Shown here: positions 53,270-64,000 of the stretch, piece after piece
Layout of the letters: each line of letters starts with the position of its first letter
Numbering within the stretch: position 1 is the first letter of the stretch
Source of the DNA: Marsupella aquatica
Lineage: Eukaryota > Plantae > Marchantiophyta
Assembly (NCBI GenBank): GCA_973895155.1
Contig: OZ316893.1
Span: forward strand, 2,996,430 to 3,060,429
DNA: 64,000 nucleotides
Direction: 5' to 3'
Translations under genes and position numbers: made by a program
The notes under the pieces: model-generated
The model's database searches: none
What the model was told of the DNA's origin: nothing
The model's input: only the letters and a program-made list of their open reading frames with translations

Positions 53270-53397
53270 ATGCTTTCAGCAGTTCTTCCATACCAACTTA
53301 GCTACCCGGCGCTGCTATTGGCATAACAACCGGTCCACCATAGGTTGACCCAAAACCCAGTCCTCTCGTACTAGGGTCGGCTTCTCGCAGTTCTCTC
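53270..53397 (-). rRNA. rrn26: Organellar (likely mitochondrial) LSU rRNA fragment within NUMT, non-functional
   Basis: Minus strand contains the sarcin-ricin loop CCTAGTACGAGAGGAC and GGTAGCTAAG...ACTGCTGAAAGCAT from the LSU 3' domain. Confidence 0.85.
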
Positions 53398-53404
53398 TAA
53401 AACA

Positions 53405-53610
53405 CGATTGGTTTCACTCATCAGGACTTTCAGAGAGGGTGGGAACGAAAATAAATAGATTTTGTCGCGAAACAGAAAGCGTTTATGCGCTTTGCTTATC
53501 CCACCGTAGATATTTATGCTATGCCCTGGGAGGGCTTTTGCCATCAAGACCTAGGGGCTGTGGGGCAAGCACATACAATTGCTCAGACAATTTGGGCTAT
53601 ATCCGAGGGC
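53405..53610 (+). pseudogene. rps7: Mitochondrial rps7 N-terminal extension fragment within NUMT
   Basis: RETESVYALCLSHRRYLCYALGGLLPSRPRGCGASTYNCSDNLGYIRG resembles, from memory, the extended N-terminus of bryophyte mitochondrial Rps7. Confidence 0.65.
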
Positions 53611-55063
53611 CCTTCCCTCCCAACGGGAAGAGAGTGCCTGTCGGCCCTAGGGGGAGAAAATACGTTCTCTCGAAGCGGAGGCCAAAGATGGAGAACGCAT
53701 AGCGGGGCGATGAGAATAACAAGCCTAGTACTTCCTTGGTCCCAAGGGCCGAAGGCCGGAAATAGCTTGACGATTTCCGCACACGATACTGGTAAGAAGG
53801 ACGGAAGGCCGGAAATGGCTGGTAGATTCCCGCACACGATATTGGGGAGAAGGCGCACTTTGTGTGGGACAAAACCGTATATGCATGTGAATGCAACAGC
53901 TTTTTCTTCACTGATGTCGTATTGAACAGCGAAGTGGGCATCTCGAACATGCTCGAAAACCAACCATTGGACAAGATGGGGCGGCGTTGTTCTTCATAGT
54001 AAGTCCAACAGACTCCCTTTCCGAATCCAAGGTTAATTGGAAGGGAGTGCCTGTAGGCTCCGCCGGCCAACCACGGGCTGAGGCTCCCGTCCCTATTTAG
54101 GGCTGCCCGGACAGCGCTTTGCGCTTTCTCGGACCTTTCAACAAAAAGCACGCTTGAGCGCATAACCAACTTCCTCGCGGAAAGCAAAAGCCCCAATAAC
54201 AAACATAGGCTATAATAAGCCCCTCGCATCGGGAAGGCACCGAAGGAGTCAGCTTTCCATGGGGGGGGGGGGGGAATATGTTAGAGACGACGAACAAAGC
54301 CTTTCAAACGATGGGTTGGATCTAGCTAGATGCGTGGCTGCTACACCTTGAGGCAGAATTAGTACATACATATTGGTACGCGCATGAGATAGCTCAACGT
54401 AGATTCGAACTTCAGGTTTTCATTTTTGGGCAGGTCGACCCGGAAATATACTAGATTGGAGATCGAAGATATGTCGACGTAGATGTGAGCTACCCCGTGA
54501 GTGACTGATAGTTAAATATTTGTGCTCAACCAGTTTATTCTATCTCTTCACCGAATAACTAAATCTATCTCTTCACCGAATAACTAAATCTATCTCTTCA
54601 CCGAATAACTAAACAGGATATCTCTTTTGTAGCGGAGAAAAATTGAGTTCATCTAGTACTACTGTCTGTACGTTAATTTTTGCCAAGACTCTGAGTTCTA
54701 TACATGTTCCTATAGTCGCCAAGACTTTGAGTAACAAATATGTTCGCACGGTACGTTTCAAATATAATTCAAGCAGTTTTCTATGTAATTCAAGTACGTA
54801 CTACTGAAAAAACTAGTGTACAGATAAAAGATGTCAGCTCCCTATCCCAGTTTCTTCTCTAAACATTCCAACATTCGAGACATATATGTCCCTGAGCACC
54901 GACTTCTTTGCACAAATTTGGGATTTTACAGGAAAACTCCAACTATCGGTGGGTTCGGCCATTCTCTCTGGTAAGACCAGACAAGATCCCGACTTCCAAT
55001 GCACTTTAAATAAATAGATGGCAGGTCACCGGTAATATACCATCACCGATAATATACCAAGTA

Positions 55064-57283
55064 CTAGTCTAATGTCTAATGCAGGCGTGTTGCACAAAAG
55101 ATGTCAAAGTGAAAAAAAAAATATCTAAGAGAAAAAAAGATATCAAGGTGAACAAAAGATATCCAAGTGATAAAAGATGTTAAAAAGAGAAAAAAGATAT
55201 TGAGGTGAACAAAAAACATCATATAAAACATGTAAATGAGAGAAAAAATGTCCAGATGAGCAAACCATGATAAAAAGGGTTGAGTCTGAGAGAAAAGCTT
55301 TTAAGGTGAGCAAAAGATGTTGAGAAGAGAAATAGATGTTGAGAATGATGAGAACAAAATTTCAAGGAGAGAAAATATGTCAAAGTCAACAAAAGATGCC
55401 AAGGTGAGCAAAAAATGTTGAGATGAGAAAATATGTTAAAGAGAAAAAAAGATGTTGAGATGAGAAAAAGATTTTGAATAGCTCTAGGAAAAAAATTGTG
55501 GAGAGAAAAGATGTCGACGTGAGCGGAGGAGATAAAAGTATTTTGAGATAAGCAAAAGATGTTTATAATTAGGCAAGGCAAAGATGTCAAGGCAAAAGAA
55601 GACAAGAATGTTGAGGCAAGTTTAAATGTACATTGCATTGAAGCAAAGATTTGGGGTGATGTGAACATTTTGAGTCGAGGTGAAGAAATGCAAAAAGATG
55701 CAAGTGTGTAGATAATGCAAATTAATACAAGAAAGGCAAGAAACTTGTTTAGACATCTCATATGTTGTTGCGGCCATCTTGTCATTATGATGAAGCAGTC
55801 ACTCTGGTCATGAGAGTGTTGTGGCTTGCGGCCATGTTGGTGCCAAGCCCAATGCCAATGCATTGCATAGATAAATTGAGGTAAATGGGGAGGTAAGGTA
55901 ATTAAAGAACTGTTGATTAAAAGCTGGGTTTTTTTAGGTGGATCAAACTGAGAATATTAGATTTTCCATAATTTGTTTTTGCCCATTTCATGTGAAAAGT
56001 GTTGTCAATGTGTAGATCATGTTCAAAATAGCACATGAAATTATGTAATTCAATAATATAGTTCAAATCAACACAAAAATATGGGGTAAGGCGCAAATGG
56101 GTGATGAGAGTACATGGGCAATAGTTGGGCAAGAAATCTTTATTGTTAATAATACAAAAGGTAGAACAAAAGACTGAGTGGACAAAAGATGCAAATGGGG
56201 GCAAAGAACTAGGCTCTCAACTAGGGAAAGAATTAGGGCAAAAGCAAGACTAATAGAGATGAGGGGGCATGTCAAGCAAGACATTGATCCGCGACATTGA
56301 TGTCTTGTGGACAAAAGATGTTGGGAGCTTGATCTTCTTGGCCTTCATTAAAGATGCATTTTTTGAGAAGATTTTCGAAGAGAATGTTGGGTATAGATGG
56401 AATAACATTTGGGACCGATTTTCTACAAAAGTAAAACAATTTAAGATATAATCAAAACATGTAAAAACAGTTGACTTTGCTTTTGAATTTTGAATTTATT
56501 TTGGAAGACTATGTTGTTTTGTTGTGAAAACTATGAGAGCAAGGATGTGGGAGGGTGAGAGCGAGTGCAAGAGAGATCATGGCACCCAGATGCTTTGAAA
56601 CTATTGGGATAATATTTGATACTATTAATAATAATTAAATTTTTAATTTTTTCTCTCCCTGTTTTTCCTATTTCTTCAATCCTATGAAAATCCAATATTC
56701 TTTTTTTCTTCTTACATTGGCACCATTAAATAAACAAAAAATGTACAACTTAATACAGAGAAGAAAAAAAGGAGAAGGTTAACCCATTTTCCTTCCTTCT
56801 AGAGTCTCATAGGGTCTGCAAAAATCCAAAAATTTCTCATGCCCCAAAAGATTCTCTTCCATTAGTGTGTACTTTCATTAAGAAAAAAATATAATTATTT
56901 AAGATGATCGATGTCACATAAATATCATCTCATAGACTATGTCGAATAAGTAAGATACTTTGTATTTTACTAGTAAAATGAGCATATGATTTGACAAAGC
57001 TGGTCAATCAATCTAAGAGCACAAAAAAATCTTTGAAAAATCTGACTGCTCTAAGATGATGTCACATGAGTATCATCTCACATAGGATGTCAGATAAGTA
57101 TAATGTCATATACTTTGTATTTTACTATTAAAATGAGCATATGATTTGACAAAGCTGGTCAATCAATCCAAGAGCACAAAAACATCTTTGAAAAAATCTG
57201 ACTGCTTAGGTTTGTTCCCTCCATTTCTGAATTTGTAAGCAAACAAATGATTTTTTGGCTACATTGCATATTATAGATGTAGA
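55064..57283 (-). mobile_element. Non-autonomous Helitron
   Basis: Minus strand A|TCTACATCTATAATA ... gtgcaacacgcctgc ... CTAG|T; inserted between A and T with no TSD relative to the empty site in sister units (ataccaactatatcttcagcaac at ~41372). Confidence 0.75.
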
Positions 57284-57378
57284 TATCTTTGGCAACACCA
57301 AAGAGAGAGGTATGAGGAAACCCCATTGCATATTATAGAAGTAGATATATTTGGCAACACCAAAGAGAGAGGCATGAG

Positions 57379-57799
57379 TGTTGAGCATAGACGACGATCG
57401 CAACGGCAAGCCCATGAACCATCCAACGCACAATAGTCGACACAAGAGATACGTGGTTCACCTCCTTGAGGCTACGTCCACGGGAACACACAAGAGAGCT
57501 TTACTGAACTCTAAGCCCGTCGGCTATACCGAGTCTCCACAGTGTAAGCTCTCCCTATCTCTCAAGTGGCTCCATAACAATGAGCCTTGGTTCTACCTCT
57601 CCAAGCACACATGCCTCTTATGATATAGTGTGCAACTTAGTTGTACCTAACCACATAGTTGTACCTAATCACGTAGTTGTACCTAACCACATAGTTGTAC
57701 CTAATCACGTAGTTGTACCTAACCACGTAGTTGTACCAACCCACGTTGTTGTACCAACCACGTCATACCTAACCTAGACGTAAGAGTAAATACCCAACA
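57379..57799 (-). mobile_element. Solo LTR of the copia element at 30860-37426
   Basis: 421 bp, identical to the LTRs except for two fewer 18-bp units; 5-bp TSD ATGAG (57374-57378/57800-57804). Confidence 0.96.
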
Positions 57800-58628
57800 A
57801 TGAGGAAACCCCCTAGTGTAAGAAAACTCGATACTGTTAGAGATGCTCAGGCAGCCAGTGAATAGAGGGAGAGAATTAAAGAGTACCGGGTTTGAAAATC
57901 CTTTCAATAAGACTAAAGAACACTTCAAAAACTAAAAGAAACAAACAGTCAGGTCGAATCGCCAAAGAGTGTTTGATTACAAACCACAATATACTACTTT
58001 CACTCCCGGGTTTCACTCGTTCGATCCGTATAAAACAATGATGATGGTTCACGTAGCAGCATGATTTAGCATCCCCAAAATGTACTTAAGATTACATTAA
58101 TTAAAGAAAAAGAGCGGTTTTCAATCAATCTTCACCTATGTATATTTCGTACTGAGTGAAATAATTGTGAACAAAATATCTGTTCACCTGCACGAGACCT
58201 TATGTTTAGGGTTACTCTATTTGCAAATGCATGACCAGAAAACTCAATGACCTTGAATGTGAATACAAAGACAACGAGAAACGTGTGAAGTTGTGCTTCA
58301 AAGGATCGCGCGTTAAATCTTCGTTAACCATACAACCAGAACATATATCAAGACACATGTTATTCAAATTATTTGGTTTATAAATTAGAAATATAGTGTA
58401 TTGGTTTATGTTGTTGTAAGGTTGGTTGAAGTAGATTTAACACTTCTTCAAAGGCAAAGAGAATGTGTGAAAGACCTTGTGAATCAAAGACAAAGAGAAA
58501 TGTGTGAAATTGTGCATCAAAGAGAAAGAGAAGGTGTGAAGTTATGCGAGAAGAGAGAAACTTATGAAGATTTTGGTGGGGGCAAATATCCGCTCGGGAA
58601 TGACGAACAATTACTTTGGTGCAAACGC

Positions 58629-58913
58629 TCGGGGGATTAACTTAGTATATATTTTGGGGTACCACGTGCGATCATAGCCTAATATAAACACACCTATTTT
58701 ATTATGGGAATATTCTAAAAATATTCTCTATTTTCAATACAAATGACCTATTTTACTTTGTAAAAGGTATATATTAGAGAATATTCTACAAATATAGGTT
58801 TATAATACCTTCTTTTGCTTCCTACGATTTTTAAAAATTTAGCTAATTTATATGAAAAATACTTATTTTGGATCGCACGTGGTTCCTAAGATTGTTGATA
58901 GTCAACCCCCCGA
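58629..58913. mobile_element. MITE (probably MULE-derived) in the proximal promoter of copy 4
   Basis: TIRs tcgggggattaact / agtcaaccccccga plus inner ccacgtgcgatc / gatcgcacgtgg; flanking tgcaaacg duplication; AT-rich core; absent from the other units. Confidence 0.75.
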
Positions 58914-59189
58914 ATGCAAACGGCGGTGCTGCCCTGGATATCATATGGTGGACATGTTTCAATTCAAGGCAAACAAAATAACTATATAACGGCACGGAGC
59001 TGCTGAACTTCCATTTCAGTTCCTCTCAGTTGCAGTGTTGTGATAAATACTTTATCATCCTGACTTGATCCGAGTGCGCTTAAGCATTTGATCGGTTCGA
59101 TTGCTCGCTGCTTCAGGAATGTGACACACTGATCTGACTAGTCAATAGTGTTTCGGTTTTCCAACAGCGCGAGAGCGCCAAAGTCTGAC

Positions 59190-60302
59190 ATGGCCGTTTC
59201 GGGTTTTATCCTCCGGTCCTATGCCTCTGCGCTTCTTCTCTATTTTGCGGGAAGTGCCAACTGTGCAGCGATTTACACCGTTGTCGCTTTTGATGATGGC
59301 AACGGCAGTTCTCTTGTCCTCAATGCCAACCTTGATGACAATGGTCTGACAAGTGTGTGCACTCTTGCATCAGTGCCGTATCCTGGGGAAGGTGGCACAA
59401 CGGAGATGGACTGTGGTGTTTCTGGCTACTCTGTATCTATTTTTATTACTTTTGCTGATGACTAAATTTATATCAAACTGCCAAAGAGCAGGAGGCGCTG
59501 AACCGGGAGACAGGATCCCACAGGCCAAAAAACCCAATCAAGGGAAAACAAAAAAAAAGGCCAAAAGGCCAAAGAGCAAAAACAAAAATGCCAGGCACAA
59601 GCCCAGCCCAAGGAGAACAAAGGACACAGAAACCTAAAGACTACCCAACGGCAAAGTGAAGGGCCTGATAAAGCTCCGTCATGAACTGCATAGGGGGGTC
59701 AAGCAATGGAATCCGACTAGATGCCCGGACTCCAACCGCCTCGCCTCTACGAAGGATAGTGAAGGCCTGTGCACGCTGAAGTGCAATGAACACCCTCTAT
59801 CTTAAAAAGGATGTGATAACAGAGACATGTAGATAAGGCCTCCGCTCGACATAATGAACCGCACAGGAGCGCAAGAACTGGTCAAAAGTCGGGTGCAGCG
59901 CTCCAAAGACCTCCATGGCAAACGGGTAGAAAAGGTCCCTTGGGTAACGAGTAGCATAAGCCTCCTCCTTGAGGCGGGCAGCCCTTGTGGCAGCATGACC
60001 TGGGATGTGGGCAGCGGACGCCAAATTGGCTCCACTCGTGGGGTCAGCAACAACCACATCCCCAAGGGCACGAACACCAGCGCGAGAGAAAACCAAATCG
60101 GCCCGACGCCTGTCCAGTACTCCATCCCGGGGTGGTAACACATGTCGTTGCTCCATCATACGATGACTATGGTTATGTAGATACAGAAGTGACTCTTACG
60201 TGCCCAGGCTTCAGAGGCGTTTTCACTTGCAACGGATGCATGTCCGGTTGCGGTTGTGGCTTACCCGATTGCATTAGCTGGTCAGGTTTAGGTTTTGTAT
60301 GA
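59190..60302 (+). pseudogene. Secreted Cys-rich gene copy 4, interrupted by a retroelement
   Basis: 5' part 59190-59464 (MAVSGFILRSY...SIFITFADD) and 3' part 60170-60302 rejoin in frame after removing the insert and one TSD copy (...FADDYGYVDTEV...CNGCMSGCGCGLPDCISWSG). Confidence 0.85.
59465..60161 (-). mobile_element. 5'-truncated non-LTR retrotransposon with restriction-like endonuclease C-terminus (CRE-like)
   Basis: RRRADLV...GDVVVADP...AATRAARLKEEAY...FYPFAMEVFG fits the RLE pattern R(P/A)D..D..K..KY..F.P.A.E..G; 8-bp TSD gatgacta (59457-59464/60162-60169). Confidence 0.75.
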
Positions 60303-62445
60303 GCTGGTCAGGTTCAGCTTGGTAGGTGCATTCCACATCAGGATGGAGCCACTGTGTCCTCTGTGTTCAAGAGATGGAGTCGAACGGTCTCGGCAGCTGT
60401 GAAACTTAGCATAATTATACCCATGCTCGACGAGAAGACATCGTTAAAGGGTGAACTAGTTCAATATGTTAGAGACGGCAAAGCTTATCAAACGATGGGT
60501 TGGATCTAGCTAGATGTGTGGCTGCTACACTTGAGGCAGAATTAGTACAGACATAGTCGGTACGCGCATGAGATAGCTCCCGCGCATGAGATAGCTCAAC
60601 GTAGATCCGAACTTCAGGTTTTCATTTTTGGGCAGGTCGACCCGGAAATGTCTTAGATTGGAGATCGAAGATTTGTCGACGTAGATGTGAGCGACCCGGT
60701 GAGCGACTGATAGTAATTAAATTGAGGGTGCTCGACCAGTTTATTCTATCTCTTCACCGAATAAGTAAACGGTATATCTCTTTTGTAGCGGAGAAAAATC
60801 TTGACTTCGTCTACTACTGTCTGGACGATCTCGCCAAGTCTCTGAGTTCCATACATGTTCCTACAGTCGCCAAGACTCTGAGTAACATTCATGTTCCCAC
60901 GGTACGTTTCAAATATAATTCAAGTACGTACTACTGAAAACACTAGTGTACCGTTAGAAAATGTCAAAGCTCACTATCCCAGTTTCTTCTCTAAACATTC
61001 TTCTACCTCTGGCGGTCTAACTGAGATGAATATTGAGATCTGAGAATTGAACGATCTTCTAGTTCTGACGATGGAACGGCAGGGATCTTGCAGTCTTCAG
61101 ATCAAGACGGTCGTGTATAGCACCAGGGAAATTCTGTCGATCCTTCACGACTTCATATTGTATTCCCTAAAGGGCCCTAAAGCACGACAGTCCAAAGGAA
61201 GTTTAATTGTTCGAGCATTTCTGTCTTTTTGACATACCCTTCCCTACCGGCCACCTCTATACATGGTTCCCTCCTGGACACTCTGACCTCTAGTCTGTAC
61301 TCGTGGGTTGCCTCTCTCCAGTTGCTGGTCCAAAATTGCATGTTATACCCTTTATTGACGTGAACCCAAGCCGCTCCCTCCCACCGAAAAACACCGGCCT
61401 GCATTCGATCGTCCAAGCATTTGATTGCACTAGCTCCGGTGCCTGGAGTCCAGTACCCCAGTATACGGTGAGAGCTAGTGTCTCCACCAATATATCGCAA
61501 TCCAATTTAGAACACATCACAATCACAGACTCAACCTGAGGAATCAACATATCTCATCATCAGGAATGAAGACCAAGCACAATATATTAATCAGAGCATG
61601 AACTCACAAGGAAGGTACACATTTCCTGCTCAAAGTAGAAAACATCAAATGGATCATTACAAAAAGATGTACACAAAGGAATACATACGCGTGCAAGGAG
61701 CCCACAAAGAAGTGCATGCAAGCATCTGAAAATGAATAAAAAGGGCTGCAATATGGAAAACGGAAGGCTCAGCAACATTTTCGCACAACACAGTTTTCTC
61801 ACCTGAGAAATATTAGTGCAACATTGGCAGAAGGGCCACTGAAAAGATGGATCCATGCCCCACTCCTACAGTAGTGGTAAACGAAAGTCAGTGCTCCGAT
61901 GCTGGTGTTTTCAGTTTAAAAACCCATCCGATTGTATGACCCAGTCACAATAATCAGATTGTATGACACAGTCACAATAGTTTGAGCACAATAGGGTGTC
62001 TCAAAACAGTGCCATAACTAACAAAGGCCACCGTTTATGGCTAGGACATAAATCCTTACTGGCTACCTAATAGGGCGTGCTGTGAGAACTCCTAATAGGG
62101 CGTGCTGTAACTCAGTCAAAGCTCAGGACATAAAGTGCTTTTATGGCCAAGTCAAAATCAATATGGGCAAACCAAAATACATACCTCGTAAGCATTTTAT
62201 GTCCAAATTAACATTCATAGAGTAAGACTCTGCTTACGAGAGAACTTTGGCACGTTCGAATAACAAGCCCCATAAGAATCCTAAAGTTTTGGCTGAAAGG
62301 TTTCGGCCCATAGGACTCTGCGCGCTGGTGGCGATTGTTTGACATGCCCTAATATATATGCACCTAAGGAGAAGACGGTAACTAGTTTATGAACTGGTGC
62401 ACTTGTATGCTATAGAGCAGTCAAAGGCTGTATCTTTATCATACA

Positions 62446-62830
62446 CTAGCTCATTACCCTAGCTCATTACCCGTGCGTTGCACAAAAGATGGTGTGATAT
62501 AAAAGATGTCAATGTACAAGATGCTATTGTGCAAAGATTTCATTGCATAAAAAAAGTTGTTGCAAAAAAGATATAGTTAATTTTATGGAGGAAAAGATGT
62601 TGTTAAGTAACAAAAGTTGTGTGGTGAAAGACAAGATACTTGTGTAAAAGATGCCATTGCATACAAAAGATATCGTTCCACTAAAGCAATAGTTGTGTTT
62701 AGGATTGTATAGCCTAAAAAATGTGACATAAAAGATCTCTTTGCACTAAGATGCCGGCTAAAATGTCATGATAGAAAAGACATTGTTAATTACCTGGCTA
62801 AAAAAGATCAAAGGCATGCACTTGGGCATA
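62446..62830 (-). mobile_element. Helitron 3' end, same broad family as 55064-57283; 5' limit undetermined
   Basis: a|ctagctcattacc...cgtgcgttgcacaaaagatg is the reverse complement of a Helitron subterminal hairpin plus CTAG; aaaagatg-rich interior. Confidence 0.55.
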
Positions 62831-64000
62831 AGCTAATTAAGTATAATTGCCCTTCAAGAAAAAAACAGGTGAGATTGGCCCACTTGACTCTCAAAATTGA
62901 GTTGAGCTTATGTTTGTGGCAATGTCACAAATATTTGTCGTGGGGCTTTGCGTCACTGGTGCTACTTCAGTTTTAGTCAAATGTATCAAACAAAAATACT
63001 CAATATTGACCACTTTGGGGGCTTTGTGTAACTGGCGCAAAGTAGCCCTAGAGGTGGGAGGATCTAGAAGGAAAAATCCTCCTTGATACTCCCCTCCTCC
63101 TTCATACTCCCCCCTCCCTTTTCTCCCCTATCTCTTTTTCCTTTTTCCAGTTTTTTTTGTTTCTCCTTGCTTTGGTTCCTTAAAAAAACTGCAGAAAAGA
63201 CGACCACTGAAAAAATAGGTGGGACCTTGTACTATAGAAGTTAATATGCTCATCCATATATAATTATGATAGAGTTTGTGGTATGTTTCTTTTAACTATG
63301 AGGTGCAGGTTCAAATGAAAAAATGCCCTCATCCGGCCTGTCATGATGGAGCAGCCACACAAAACTACTACTTGCTCAGAATATATGGAGTCCCCATGCC
63401 CGGGTATGCAACTCCCCTTTTTATAAGGCAAGTTTTTAATTCCTTATAATGGTCATATATCCAATTGACCATCTTAGATTTTATTTTAGTCTTCTAAAAT
63501 CCCCGCTAAAATCATGTACCTCTCAACATAAGGAATCCAAAAATGTAACTTAAAAAGAAAACCAAACATGTTTTGATGTACTAAAAGTTGATCAAAACCA
63601 AATTATATGGGTTTTTTTAATACAGGGGTAAAACTAGCCAGCTATTCAGGATTTTTATTAAAATTTTAAAAATCTTTTAATAAAAATTCCAGCATATGTA
63701 GGAATATTTTTTAATTTCATATGGAAAAGGAAGAAAACCAACCCTTTTACATGCCATGCCAATCTGGTTTTGTTTTGTGCTGGAGTTTGTGCACTTGGGG
63801 ACAATCATGGTCATTGCTGACCCTATCAGCGGGAGCAATGTGGCATCAATGCGCTGCCCATGTTTCAGGCCACACAGCTGCAAGGGCTGATTGGCTCATG
63901 GAGGAAACCTATAATTATATGGCAGTACCTAGAAAACCTTTTCTCTACCTCCATTTGCTGTGGAGGTCTTTGGTGCGCTACACACTTCATATGACCAATA

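Larger units (their letters stand above)
52384..54274. other. Mosaic nuclear insertion of mitochondrial DNA (NUMT)
   Basis: Absent from the sister units (empty site gaactagttcaatatgttagag); contains rpl2, LSU rRNA and rps7 fragments. Confidence 0.85.
41050..61570 (+). repeat. Four-unit tandem segmental duplication, each unit carrying one secreted Cys-rich gene
   Basis: Shared promoter block (caaagagggagacatgaggaaaccc ... tatataacggcacggagctgctgaacttc) and 3' block (ttcaggttttcatttttgggcaggtcgacccggaaat) recur around each gene. Confidence 0.92.

Noticed and set aside
53439-54229. Long overlapping ORFs as functional nuclear genes
   Set aside because: They span junctions of unrelated mtDNA fragments within the NUMT
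55219-55863. 214-aa Phe/Leu/Ser-rich ORF
   Set aside because: Reverse reading of the low-complexity aaaagatg Helitron interior

Overview
Eukaryotic nuclear DNA from a land plant, probably a bryophyte (short GT-AG introns; the mitochondrial insertion carries a bryophyte-type rps7 N-terminal extension). The left half (1-29 kb) is gene-rich: the 5' part of a plastid-type aldo-keto reductase (with a 17-nt microexon), a DUF1336/EDR2-C protein, an uncharacterised ~640-aa plant protein and a 21-exon C2/EF-hand phosphatidylserine decarboxylase, plus several minisatellite arrays. A very young Ty1/copia element (30860-37426; identical LTRs by eye; TSD TTCAC) has a single in-frame TGA between gag and pol. 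An intronless SRPBCC/polyketide-cyclase gene follows. The right third (41-61.6 kb) is a four-copy tandem duplication of a small secreted Cys-rich protein gene that I cannot assign to a family. Two copies are intact and differ almost only by amino-acid-changing substitutions, one is frameshifted, and one is split by a restriction-like-endonuclease non-LTR retroelement. Each unit carries its own insertions: foldback/MULE elements, a Tc1/mariner-type element, Helitrons, a solo LTR, a MITE and a mosaic NUMT. All calls are by eye; no database searches were run.
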